The position numbers were made by a program, and so were the translations under genes. 64,000 bases of DNA from Vicingaceae bacterium (GTDB taxonomy: Bacteria; Bacteroidota; Bacteroidia; Flavobacteriales_E; Vicingaceae). The stretch spans positions 106,146 to 170,145 of the forward strand of contig JAVJTT010000025.1 of the NCBI GenBank assembly GCA_040220135.1, given 5' to 3'. This document shows, in pieces, positions 31,858-41,850 of the stretch (the first letter of the stretch is position 1; each line of letters begins with the position of its first letter). The notes under the pieces were generated by a model. That model was not told the origin of the DNA, did no database searches, and was given only the letters and a program-made list of their open reading frames with translations.

Positions 31858-33462
31858 ATGAAAAAGTTCAACTCCATTTTTCTCTCTTTAATTTGTCTTG
31901 CCTTTTCCACAATATTAGCAACTAGCTCAGTTTTAGCCCAAGCGCCCAATGGCTTTAATTACCAAGCAGCAATCCGAAATGCTGACGGTTCAGTTAAAAA
32001 CCAAGAAAATGTAAAAATGGAGTTTTCCATCCTCCAAGGTTCAACAAGCGGAACAGTTCTTTACCGAGAAAGTCAAACCTTAACCACCAACGACTATGGA
32101 TTAGTAGATCATGTAATTGGTGAAGGCACTGTTATTTCTGGAAACTTTTCATCCATCAATTGGTCATCCGGCAGTAAGTTCTTGAAAGTTGAACTAGAAG
32201 AAGGTACCTCCTTGACAACCATTAGCAATTCAAAATTGCAAAGTGTTCCCTTTGCCATGTTTGCCGCTCAAGCTCCGAGCAGTGGGGGTTCTGGACAATG
32301 GAGTGCGAATGGCGCTAACATCAGTAACAATAATTCAGGGAATGTTGGCATTGGAACTAATTCGCCGACAGAAATGCTTCACATGAGAAACCAAAATGGA
32401 AATACGGTGCTTCGAATTGAAAATCCCACTCCAGTTTTTGAAAGTAGAATCGAATTAGTTAAAAATAACTTAGGTACCGCCACCCTTGGTTATGTGCAAG
32501 GCGATGCGCATATACGCATGCAGACAGATGGGAATGACATTATCTTTCAACCCAACCAAAGTGAAGCCATGCGGATGAAGCCTAATGGTAATATTGGAAT
32601 TGGTTCAGTAAACCCCTCTTCACCTTTAACGGTTTACGGCTCAGACAAGCCGATTAAATTTGGAGAAACTACCAATAGCAGCACACACGCATTTCTAACG
32701 GCGAATTCAAATTATTTTGGATTCCAAAACAGTAATGGCGACAATGTACTATCTGTTCGTCAGTCAAGCGGCAATGTAGGGATTGGAATCACAAACCCAA
32801 GTTACCCTTTAACCATTAGAAATGCATCAGATGGTATTGACGTAGCTGTCAACTCTTCATCGGCTGGTGATTTCGTCTTTATTGCTCGGTCAAACTTCGG
32901 AGTATTGACAGGACTTGCGGTAAAAGCAAACGGAAATGTTGGGGTTAACACTACCGTTCCTTCCACGGCATTTCATGTTCGACACCCTAGTAGCAGCTCT
33001 CAAGGACTTTCTATTAGTAATGCACAGGACAATGATCGCTGGCACTTACACTGCGCCGGTTCCAATACTTTAAACTTGTATTACAACAACTCATTCCGTG
33101 GATCTTTTAGTTCCACAAGTGGCGCCTACTCTTCTGCTTCTGATGAAAGGCTGAAAGAAAACATTAAGCCCCTGGAAAACGTGCTTGACAAAGTATTGAA
33201 GCTTAAGGTTAACCGCTACAATTTTAAAGAAGACAAAAGTCAAGAGTCGCAAATTGGTTTGTTAGCACAAGAAAGTGATCTGTTATTTCCGGAATTTATT
33301 CAAAAACCAGAAGATAGCGAGCAAGATGTTTACAGAGTAAATTATGCCGGCTTCAGTATGCTCGCTATAAAAGCCATTCAAGAACAAGAAATAAAAATTG
33401 AAGCCTTGGAAGATAGAATTGCCAAGCTGGAAGCTTTGATCAAGCAATCAACCGCAGAGTAA
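31858..33462 (+). CDS. Secreted tail-fibre-like protein with C-terminal Peptidase_S74 intramolecular chaperone domain
   Basis: Signal peptide present. Repeated GNVGIGT.NP...L.V units. C-terminus SASDERLKENIKPLENVLDKVLKLKVNRYNFKED...IGLLAQE...FPEFI...VNYAGFSMLAIKAIQEQ, then a coiled coil. Confidence 0.8.
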   Translation: MKKFNSIFLSLICLAFSTILATSSVLAQAPNGFNYQAAIRNADGSVKNQENVKMEFSILQGSTSGTVLYRESQTLTTNDYGLVDHVIGEGTVISGNFSSINWSSGSKFLKVELEEGTSLTTISNSKLQSVPFAMFAAQAPSSGGSGQWSANGANISNNNSGNVGIGTNSPTEMLHMRNQNGNTVLRIENPTPVFESRIELVKNNLGTATLGYVQGDAHIRMQTDGNDIIFQPNQSEAMRMKPNGNIGIGSVNPSSPLTVYGSDKPIKFGETTNSSTHAFLTANSNYFGFQNSNGDNVLSVRQSSGNVGIGITNPSYPLTIRNASDGIDVAVNSSSAGDFVFIARSNFGVLTGLAVKANGNVGVNTTVPSTAFHVRHPSSSSQGLSISNAQDNDRWHLHCAGSNTLNLYYNNSFRGSFSSTSGAYSSASDERLKENIKPLENVLDKVLKLKVNRYNFKEDKSQESQIGLLAQESDLLFPEFIQKPEDSEQDVYRVNYAGFSMLAIKAIQEQEIKIEALEDRIAKLEALIKQSTAE

Positions 33463-33480
33463 TCCCTTAAACCTCTTATC

Positions 33481-33975
33481 ATGAAAAGCTTTTACACTTT
33501 CCTTTTTACGCTATTACTTTCTGCTTCTGCTTTTAGCCAGATCATAGAAAGAAACACGCTTGGTGCTAATGGATTAACATACACGAGTTCTTCGGTAGTT
33601 GTTTCCCATACAGTTGGAGACCTTAGCATAGGCTCTTTCTCCAATTCTACAGTAAGCGTACTGGAAGGGTTTCAACAAAACTCTCCTAGCACTACCCATC
33701 TAAACAAGAAAAATATCAAGGTAGAAATAAAGGTTTTCCCCAACCCAACTTCCCAATTCCTCGACATTCAATTAATAAGCAAGAAAGCAGTTGCCCTTAG
33801 CATTGAAGTAAGAGACCTTCACGGTAAACTAATTCAAACCAAAGGCCTAAACGCAGCTGCTAATGTTTTGCAAAGTGAAAACCTAGACCTATCAAACCTT
33901 AGCTCGGGATACTATTTGGTGTCTCTAGTTTCAGCAGGAATCTCTTTAGGAGAAGCAAAAATTGTAAAAAAATAA
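33481..33975 (+). CDS. Small secreted protein with T9SS type A C-terminal sorting domain
   Basis: Signal peptide present. C-terminus KVFPNPTSQFLDIQL...IEVRDLHGKLIQT...LDLSNLSSGYYLVSL. Confidence 0.75.
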   Translation: MKSFYTFLFTLLLSASAFSQIIERNTLGANGLTYTSSSVVVSHTVGDLSIGSFSNSTVSVLEGFQQNSPSTTHLNKKNIKVEIKVFPNPTSQFLDIQLISKKAVALSIEVRDLHGKLIQTKGLNAAANVLQSENLDLSNLSSGYYLVSLVSAGISLGEAKIVKK

Positions 33976-34077
33976 AGGCCAATATTTTGGCTAAAGCCTC
34001 CAACCCAACTTGTGCTAGAGCAAAGCCAAAGTCTAAGGCTAAGTACTACAACTTTATCAGTTGGTATAGCCACCGGC

Positions 34078-35523
34078 TTATCGTACGATCATTTTAGCAC
34101 TGATTCTTTCACCATGAGCTTGGCTCAGTTGAAGGAAATAAACTCCAGAAGGCACATCTAAATTCAAATTCACTTTCTTTTGATTCAAATAATGAGCTTC
34201 GTGTATAAGCTGACCCGTATTATTTCTTACCCCCAGATAAACACTTCCTTTAAAAGGGCTTAAGTCAATTGTAAAGTTTCCATTTGTAGGATTTGGGAAA
34301 ACCTTCACTTGGTTAAGGGCTAGAGCTTGCTTTTCCGGAACAGAAGTTAACAAAGTGTCATAAAGATTGGGGCGATAAACTCTCAAAACAGAACGCATTA
34401 AGTTCACTTGTCCTTTGGTAAATGAATTTTGGCAAGCCCCGCTTGAATAGTCCATGTAATTTTCAACCATATTATTTAAATCTAAATTGTTGATGGTATC
34501 CAAACAGCTGTTTGTGTTAAAGTTACAAGCCCAGTTGCTAGAAGCATCGCTTCTTGGAGTATCTTGAATGAAATCATCTTCACTGCAGTTTCCATCTCCC
34601 CAAATGTGTCGTAAGCCAAGGTAATGACCTACTTCATGAACCATTACTTTTCCATCTGTTACTACTCCATTAAAGCTTTGGTAGGGCGCAGGAAGTTGGT
34701 TAGGATTATTACTTCCCACATTTACGTAATGAATCAATACTCCCTGCTCGTAAGGTGCAATAGAGTTTAACACAGAAGCCGGCCAATTAACATGGTTGAG
34801 GGGTGGAGTTGCTAAAGCAAAGAAGACAAGCTCTTCAAAATTGTTGAATTGAGGCTCGAAAATTCTGAGATCTCCCATCCACACATTGAGGTACTCATTG
34901 GTGTTCCATGGGTCTTTACCGCCCAAACTGTCTGACGTTAAGCGGAAATAATTGTAGTACAAACTATCATTTACCCATTGTGTAATTTGCTGATTTTGAC
35001 CTGGTCCGTAAGGTAAAACACCTCCAAAATGAGTAATACTAGTATTGGTTCTGCTTATTCCATTAGTCGGATTACCAGCCGGATCAAAGTCTGCCAATTT
35101 AAATTCTATTTTACTATCACCCACTAAGGGTTTAAAGTCAACCCTTGTGTTTGCGGTATCGGCATTTTGCCTTCTAAAACTCTCATTTAATATTTGAAGC
35201 TGATTAAAGATGACCGAATCCGGTATGTTTTCTTGACTATTGTTGTAAACCACATGAAAAACTACCGGAATGGTAAGTATAGTAGCGCTACTCTTTGACT
35301 GCTTTTGCTGCTTGATTATGTTATTGACTTGTTTAAGCAATTGGTCGGATAACTCCATAAAGCTCGCTTCCTCCTGCTCTACTTTTTCCATAAAATAATG
35401 GGCACCACATTCAGGAAATGTTGAGGCTGAAGAATTGATTTGGTTAGATACAACACCTTGAGCATTAAGCGTAAAAGCAAAAATTGATGCTGCAGCAATA
35501 AGGAGAATTTGTTTTTTCATCAT
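34078..35523 (-). CDS. M43-type zinc metalloprotease with T9SS type A C-terminal sorting domain
   Basis: HEVGHYLGLRHIWGDG. C-terminus VKVFPNPTNGNFTIDL...SGVYFLQL. Signal peptide present. Confidence 0.85.
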   Translation of the reverse strand: MMKKQILLIAAASIFAFTLNAQGVVSNQINSSASTFPECGAHYFMEKVEQEEASFMELSDQLLKQVNNIIKQQKQSKSSATILTIPVVFHVVYNNSQENIPDSVIFNQLQILNESFRRQNADTANTRVDFKPLVGDSKIEFKLADFDPAGNPTNGISRTNTSITHFGGVLPYGPGQNQQITQWVNDSLYYNYFRLTSDSLGGKDPWNTNEYLNVWMGDLRIFEPQFNNFEELVFFALATPPLNHVNWPASVLNSIAPYEQGVLIHYVNVGSNNPNQLPAPYQSFNGVVTDGKVMVHEVGHYLGLRHIWGDGNCSEDDFIQDTPRSDASSNWACNFNTNSCLDTINNLDLNNMVENYMDYSSGACQNSFTKGQVNLMRSVLRVYRPNLYDTLLTSVPEKQALALNQVKVFPNPTNGNFTIDLSPFKGSVYLGVRNNTGQLIHEAHYLNQKKVNLNLDVPSGVYFLQLSQAHGERISAKMIVR

Positions 35524-35621
35524 GCAATAAATAAATGTTAAGAATCAAAGATAAAGGGAATTTTGTTTAAAAACATAAAGGCAAAACCTAAAATCGGTCC
35601 ATTTAAGTTTGATTTTTGCGC

Positions 35622-36254
35622 TTAAAACTTAACTTCTATATTGCCTTTGGGGTCGTACTCTTGAATTTTAATTTTTGGAATAGCATTGTCTTGTATGTCT
35701 AAAAACTTGAGTTGTTCTAAATCCATTAAGAACAAAGGGATATCCTCAAGCTCATTATTCGTCAGGTAGAGAAACTTAAGCTTCTTTAAATTCACCATTT
35801 CACTTGGTAATTTCTTGATTCGATCACCTTCTAGGTGGAGTGACGACAAATTGGGAAGCTTACTTAACTGTAGTACGGTTCGCTCTACATTGAGCTTTTG
35901 GTCGTTATTCAAGTAAAGCTCCTCAATCTTCTGCAATTGAAAGAAGTTCTCAGGCAGTCTTTCAAAATCATTACCGCTGAGATCGAGAATTCTCAAATTT
36001 TCTAGTTCTAATATGGCTTCCGGAAAAGAACTTAGCTTGTCATCCTTCAAGCTCAAGTATTCTAAATTTTTAAATTGTTCAAATGGAACCTTAGAAAAAT
36101 CAAGCGTTTGATTACTTAAATCCAAACGAATCACCTCCTCTGCATTATCCAATGCCTCTTGCAAGTTGGTAAAGGTGAAATTCTTTTGGACTTTCTGCGC
36201 CTGTAGGCTCATACAGGCTAAGAGAGCAACTATGGTGATGTGGATTGATTTCAT
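35622..36254 (-). CDS. Leucine-rich repeat protein, secreted
   Basis: ORF 35622..36392. Likely ATG at 36254 (MKSIHITIVALLACMSLQAQ). Repeats LxxLxLxxNxL, e.g. LENLRILDLSGNDFERLP and LKKLKFLYLTNNELEDIP. Confidence 0.8.
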   Translation of the reverse strand: MKSIHITIVALLACMSLQAQKVQKNFTFTNLQEALDNAEEVIRLDLSNQTLDFSKVPFEQFKNLEYLSLKDDKLSSFPEAILELENLRILDLSGNDFERLPENFFQLQKIEELYLNNDQKLNVERTVLQLSKLPNLSSLHLEGDRIKKLPSEMVNLKKLKFLYLTNNELEDIPLFLMDLEQLKFLDIQDNAIPKIKIQEYDPKGNIEVKF

Positions 36255-37431
36255 AAATCTCAAAGTAGTATGATTGGCTGATGAATTTACGTTAAAATAA
36301 AACAACAAAGCTTTAAAAAGTTCTTTGAAATTATAAAACGACTTGCGGCCATCTTGTAGGTGGCGGGATTCAGACAAAAGCCTGCAACTCACTTCGTGAG
36401 TCAGTCTTTTTTAGTCTCTACCTTTTCAATTCATAGTAAAGAATGGGTAGGACTTATTAAATATTTGACATTCATATTATTGACACTTTATGAAAGAAAA
36501 GTGAAAGAATTTCTCCAATTAATTTCAATATCAACATTACAACATATCTCTATATTTACGCAACTTTATGATGAGTTTAATAGCTGTTATTCTTTTTCTC
36601 TCTATTTGGTCTGTTTTAACCCTCATTTATGCTTTTTACCCAAAGCGTTTAGGCAAATGGGGGCATTGGTTGAGTGTCTATGGTTGGATTAGCAAATGGG
36701 ATATGTTTACACAGTATCATTCGAATTCAAATAAAACTGAAATTTATTATCGCGATCAAAAACTTGTAAGTATCTTAAAATTTTGGGCAGTAAGTTTCAT
36801 TAATTAATAAAATGATTATCCGTTTACTTACCTAAGTTGATTAGCAAGGAGTACAAATGTCTTATTTTCAGTATTTAATTTTACTTTTTTCCATTGATGA
36901 AAAAGTAACCAAAAAAATCTAGGCCGGTTTCCTAATTTATGTCTTCCGCTCCTAAATGGCGATGATTTCAGTGATCTCCAAAGATCTGCTTTGGAGCTTC
37001 TTCAATCATTAGCCCCATTTAGTTCGTTCCAGTTATAAATTATGAAAATGGCCGTCTTTTGCATCATAAAAGGATGATCAAATTGGATTCATATAAGTTT
37101 TAGGTATAAATGCGGACATTCATTTTAATAATACTGAATTTGACTTGAAGCAAACCTGCCCATCCGGAAAGCAGTTTAAAGAATACTTTAACTATTGCAA
37201 CTACGAGAAGGACATTTAGCTATCGATTTTGAGAAACTAATCAATAGATAACAAAAGGCAGCCTTTAATTATCTTAAATTTAACCTAAAGCTGTCCTTAG
37301 AACTAGGTGAAGTAAACAATAACACAGCAATTTTATATTTCTCAAAAAACCTATTCAAACCATTCGCTACATTCCTAAATACTATTTCATTGTAAACAGT
37401 GACTTGAGCTTTCATAAATCTATGCTCTTAT

Positions 37432-37548
37432 TTATTCCTTATTTTTCCTTTCTTTCCTTTTAGCAGCTTTATCAGCTCTTTTTTCCTTTAAACTTTTTAA
37501 AGCCGTTTTTTTATCAGCTTTTTTACCACCGTCTTTTTCCTTTGACAT
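37432..37548 (-). CDS. 38-aa lysine-rich micro-ORF
   Basis: My translation is MSKEKDGGKKADKKTALKSLKEKRADKAAKRKERKNKE. Low complexity and isolated, so coding status is uncertain. Confidence 0.25.
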   Translation of the reverse strand: MSKEKDGGKKADKKTALKSLKEKRADKAAKRKERKNKE

Positions 37549-37659
37549 AGTTTTTAGTATTACATATTACGTTAGCAAATTCAGATCTTTTCTACTAAAA
37601 TGGATTACATAACTTGATTAAAAAATTACATCAATCACAGTTTTTATTTTGCCTAACTT

Positions 37660-37902
37660 CTAAAAACTAAAAATGTAAGCTATCAAAGCAGTAACAAGAA
37701 TCGTGATGAATAGTGTCGTACCTTTTAATACTACCTTTCTGAAATTATGCCAGTGCCTGCTATTAAAATCATCCGGGTATCTATCATAATAATCGTAATG
37801 AAACTTTTTAATATGTTGCAAGCGAATTTCTCCTCGAATCAGACCAACAATAAAAAGGCTTGATACAAAGACCGTTGTAGTGAGTAATATGGTCTGAATC
37901 AT
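37660..37902 (-). CDS. Small membrane protein (2 TM)
   Basis: 80-aa ORF with hydrophobic ends MIQTILLTTTVFVSSLFIVGLI and TTLFITILVTALIAYIFSF. Confidence 0.45.
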   Translation of the reverse strand: MIQTILLTTTVFVSSLFIVGLIRGEIRLQHIKKFHYDYYDRYPDDFNSRHWHNFRKVVLKGTTLFITILVTALIAYIFSF

Positions 37903-38045
37903 TTACTATTAGAGCTTAAGATGCTTTTCATCAGATACTTAAATTCACTAATTAGAAAGGGCATTAAAGACACAGCTCCCCCGATTCCGAACAGTAAGGT
38001 AATTGAGACTTTTAGAATAGAAATATCAAAAAAGGGAAGGTTCAT
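37899..38045 (-). CDS. 48-aa membrane micro-ORF coupled (ATGA) to the next small membrane protein
   Basis: My translation is MNLPFFDISILKVSITLLFGIGGAVSLMPFLISEFKYLMKSILSSNSK. Its TGA overlaps the ATG at 37902. Confidence 0.35.
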   Translation of the reverse strand: MNLPFFDISILKVSITLLFGIGGAVSLMPFLISEFKYLMKSILSSNSK

Positions 38046-38161
38046 TTTATTTGTTTTAGATTTTAAAATTAGCTTATGTCAACCTTAATATGTTACATAA
38101 CTAAGTTTTAGTTTTACATAAGTTAGGTGCTTTACCTTCTTACTTTTAGATAATCAGAGCT

Positions 38162-40813
38162 TTAGCCTTCCATATTTGGAATATCTGCTTTGGAAATAAT
38201 TAGTCTTTCTTCTTTTTCTTTTAAACTCCTAATCAGTTGAATAGATTCCGGTATTGCATCACTAATCACGGTAATGAATGACCCTTTTCTCCCTTCTTCA
38301 ATAACTTTAAGAATGGCCAAGTTTTCATTTGCCACCACATCTACTTTATTTACTTTGTTTGCACTTGCTATTCCTTTCATTAATAATTCCAGAATTTCTT
38401 CCTGGGTTCTGCCTCTGAGCTCAGCATCTTGTCTAATTATGATTTCATCGAATATTTCAGCACTCACTTTTCCTAGTTCAATAATGTCTTCATCTCTGCG
38501 ATCACCGGTTCCTGAAATTACCCCTACCTTTGGCGTTCCATCTGTCTTTTCTAAAAAACGACCAATGGCTTCCATACCTGAAGGATTATGTGCGTAATCC
38601 AATAAAACTGAGAACTCTTTAAATTCAAAGAGGTTCATCCTGCCGGGAGTTTGTGCCGGTGATGGCACAAAAGTTTGCAAGGCCAATCGAATGTCTTCTA
38701 ACTGCACTGACCTTAAAAAAGAAGCTAAAACTGCAGGAAGCACATTTTGAATATTAAAAACGGCTCGCCCGGAAAAGGTTAAAGGAATGTTTACTACTTT
38801 CTCTATTCTTACTTTCCAACCTCCTTTATTAATGCTGATGTAGCCGTTCTCATAAATAGCCGCTATACCGCCATTTTTACAATGTTCTACTACTTGCTTA
38901 TTCTTTTCATCCATACTAAATAAGGCCACATTTGATTTAATGTCTTTCCTCATTTTCAGAATCAATTCATCATCAGCATTCAAAATAGCATAACCGGATT
39001 GGCTTATATTTTCCACCACCACTGACTTCACTCTAGCCATTTGTTCAATGGATTCAATTCCTTTAAGACCCAAATGATCAGAAGTTATATTGGTAACAAT
39101 TCCAATGTCCGATTCACTAAAACCCAAGCCTTCCCTTAAAATTCCTCCTCTTGCTGTTTCCAATACGGCAAAATCCACGGTAGGGTCACTCAAGACAAAT
39201 TGGGCACTTTTGGGCCCGGTGCAATCGCCCACTTGCAGCAATCTATTTTGTACATAAATTCCATCTGATGTAGCATAACCAACTTTAAAACCAGCACTTT
39301 TAAAAATATGAGCAATTAGGCGCGTGGTGGTGGTTTTTCCATTGGTTCCCGTAATGGATACTATGGGTATTTTTGACTGTAAACCTTCAGGGTAGAGCAT
39401 GTCAATCAGCGGTTCAGCCACATTTCTTGCCAAGCCTTCTGTAGGATCTAAGTGCATGCGAAAACCCGGTGCTGCATTAACTTCAATTACTGCTCCATTT
39501 ATTTCTGAAATGGGATGTTCTAGATCATTAGCAATGATATCAATTCCACATACATCTAAGCCAATCACCCTTGAAATCCGTTCTGCCATAAAGCGATTAA
39601 AAGGATGCACTGTATCGGTGACATCTTTTGCAGTGCCTCCAGTGCTTAAATTGGCAGTAGTCTTTAACAATAATTTTCTATTTCTTGGCAAAACTGAATA
39701 GAGGTTCAGTTTTTTACGATCTAAAATGTGCTGTGTCATCTTATCAACCTTGATTTCGGTCAACATATTTTCATGACCAAATCCCCTTCTTGGATCAGCA
39801 TTCACTTTTTTAATCAATTGTTTGATGGTCGATCTTCCATCTCCAATAATATGGGCTGGAGTTCTCTTGGCAGCTGCCACCAATTTATGGTTGATTACCA
39901 ATAAACGAAAATCAAATCCATTGATCATTTTCTCTACAATCACTCTATCACTGTGCTTATTGGCTAGTTTAAAAGCAATGATGGCTTCTTTGAGGTTTTT
40001 CACATTTGTAGTAGCTCCTCTACCATGATTTGCATTTATAGGCTTTATGGCACAAGGAAAGTCAGCATCTTCTATTCCGGAGATAAGCTCCTCTTCCGTT
40101 TCCACAATAAAACCTTTGGGAACCGGTACACCGGCTTTATTCAACAGAAATTTAGTATCTTCTTTATCTCCGGCCAGATCAACTCCAATGCCACTAGTCT
40201 GGCTAGTAATAGTTGCCATTATGCGTTTTTGATACATCCCATATCCTAGCTGTACCAAAGAAGAACTATTTAAACGCATAGTAGGAATACCTCTTTTCAT
40301 GGCTTCCTCAACAATAGACAAGGTACTTGGGCCCAATTTATCTTCTTCCCGAATCTCTTTAAGCTTTTGTATATCCTCTTTCAAACTATACTCCTCACCT
40401 TTAATTAAAGCTTCAAGAATTCGAATAGAGGCGTAGGCTGCATAAATTCCGGCATTTTCTTGGGTATAGGTAAACACCACATTATAAACTCCGGGAGTTC
40501 CTACTCCTCTGGTTCTGCCAAAGCCGCAATCCATACCGGCAAGGGTTTGAATTTCTAAGGCAATGTGTTCAGCAATATGTCCCATCCAGGTACCTTCCTC
40601 TACTCTTTCAAAAAATCCACCATCATGCCCTTCAGAGCAATGGTGCTCATACAATGTAGGGATAAGCTTTTTTAAGCCCTCATAAAAGCCGTTAATTTTA
40701 TTGGAGGGAAGTTCTTCCATTTCTTCCAAGTCCAATTGCATAATAATAAGCTTATGCCTTCTGTTCGACCAATAATTAGGACCTCGCAGTACTTTAATAT
40801 CCAATACCTTCAT
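38162..40813 (-). CDS. cphA: Cyanophycin synthetase
   Basis: 883 aa. N-terminus MKVLDIKVLRGPNYWS. Central ATP-grasp region, then a Mur-ligase-like region (ITGTNGKTTTTRL). Confidence 0.95.
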   Translation of the reverse strand: MKVLDIKVLRGPNYWSNRRHKLIIMQLDLEEMEELPSNKINGFYEGLKKLIPTLYEHHCSEGHDGGFFERVEEGTWMGHIAEHIALEIQTLAGMDCGFGRTRGVGTPGVYNVVFTYTQENAGIYAAYASIRILEALIKGEEYSLKEDIQKLKEIREEDKLGPSTLSIVEEAMKRGIPTMRLNSSSLVQLGYGMYQKRIMATITSQTSGIGVDLAGDKEDTKFLLNKAGVPVPKGFIVETEEELISGIEDADFPCAIKPINANHGRGATTNVKNLKEAIIAFKLANKHSDRVIVEKMINGFDFRLLVINHKLVAAAKRTPAHIIGDGRSTIKQLIKKVNADPRRGFGHENMLTEIKVDKMTQHILDRKKLNLYSVLPRNRKLLLKTTANLSTGGTAKDVTDTVHPFNRFMAERISRVIGLDVCGIDIIANDLEHPISEINGAVIEVNAAPGFRMHLDPTEGLARNVAEPLIDMLYPEGLQSKIPIVSITGTNGKTTTTRLIAHIFKSAGFKVGYATSDGIYVQNRLLQVGDCTGPKSAQFVLSDPTVDFAVLETARGGILREGLGFSESDIGIVTNITSDHLGLKGIESIEQMARVKSVVVENISQSGYAILNADDELILKMRKDIKSNVALFSMDEKNKQVVEHCKNGGIAAIYENGYISINKGGWKVRIEKVVNIPLTFSGRAVFNIQNVLPAVLASFLRSVQLEDIRLALQTFVPSPAQTPGRMNLFEFKEFSVLLDYAHNPSGMEAIGRFLEKTDGTPKVGVISGTGDRRDEDIIELGKVSAEIFDEIIIRQDAELRGRTQEEILELLMKGIASANKVNKVDVVANENLAILKVIEEGRKGSFITVISDAIPESIQLIRSLKEKEERLIISKADIPNMEG

Positions 40814-40986
40814 AGATATGCTAGGTTTTTAAAAGCCGAATTCGTTTTCGGGCTTTGCCTTAAATAATGTTCGAAAGAAAAAATTACCGTTGAGAAAAGG
40901 GAGGAATCAAAAGCTATCTTTAATCTCTAAAAGATTATTCAACCAAGTTAAGATAATATTACAACGCTCAACACAAATAAACTACA

Positions 40987-41820
40987 TTGGGAATATTAAT
41001 CGCCATTGGCGGGGCAATCGATGCCGGAACAGGGCTAGATACGGAAAATAGCGAAAATACCGCAGAACGTTTTCTTGAGATAGGGATCTTAAAACGTATG
41101 ATTGAGGAGCTGGAAGGTAAGACCAATCGCATAGAAATTATAACTACGGCTTCTAAGATTCCGGAGGAAACCGGTCAACATTACGTAGATGCTTTTGAGC
41201 GCTTAGGAAATTCCAATACCGGAGTTATTAACATTAAAACCTCAAAAGACACTGAGAACCAATCTTTTTTCGAGCGAATTGAACAAGCAGAAGGTGTTTT
41301 AATGACGGGTGGAGATCAAAGTCGATTAAGTAGAATTTTTGGCGGTACTAAAATCCTTCAACTTTTGCACCAACGCTACCAAAGCAAGCATTTTGTTTTA
41401 GCCGGAACCAGTGCCGGAGCTATGGCTATGTCTGCCATAATGATCCTTGGCGGTAAAAGCGCCGAAGCTTTATTAAAAGGAGCGGTTCATTTATCTAAAG
41501 GATTAGGATTTATTGAGGGCGTTACCTTTGACTCTCATTTTATAAAACGCGGTAGAATTGGAAGGTTATGTCAAACCATTGCCACTCACCCATCTATTGT
41601 AGGAATAGGCCTAGGCGAAGATACAGCCTTGTTAATTAAAAATGGCGATCTGATGGAAGCTATTGGCTCAGGTTTGGTAATGATTGTGGAAGGAGACAAA
41701 ATAAAATACACCAATATTGAAGAAATAGAATTAGGCGATCCCATTTCTATTGAAAACTTGACCCTTCATGTTTTATCAAAAGGACATACCTATCTGCTTT
41801 CAGAACGAAATTTGATCTAA
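40987..41820 (+). CDS. cphB: Cyanophycinase (peptidase S51)
   Basis: TTG start. ILIAIGGAID, VLMTGGDQSRL and nucleophile elbow LAGTSAGAMAMS. Divergent from cphA. Confidence 0.9.
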   Translation: MGILIAIGGAIDAGTGLDTENSENTAERFLEIGILKRMIEELEGKTNRIEIITTASKIPEETGQHYVDAFERLGNSNTGVINIKTSKDTENQSFFERIEQAEGVLMTGGDQSRLSRIFGGTKILQLLHQRYQSKHFVLAGTSAGAMAMSAIMILGGKSAEALLKGAVHLSKGLGFIEGVTFDSHFIKRGRIGRLCQTIATHPSIVGIGLGEDTALLIKNGDLMEAIGSGLVMIVEGDKIKYTNIEEIELGDPISIENLTLHVLSKGHTYLLSERNLI

Positions 41821-41850
41821 TCCGACAAATATCCTTTCTGCAAAAGTTGT

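Noticed and set aside
31858-33462. Prophage or tailocin suggested by the tail-fibre/S74 domain.
   Set aside because: There are no capsid, portal, terminase, tape-measure, baseplate, integrase or lysis genes within the window. The neighbours are pxp genes and T9SS cargo. The protein has a Sec signal peptide typical of cellular surface proteins.
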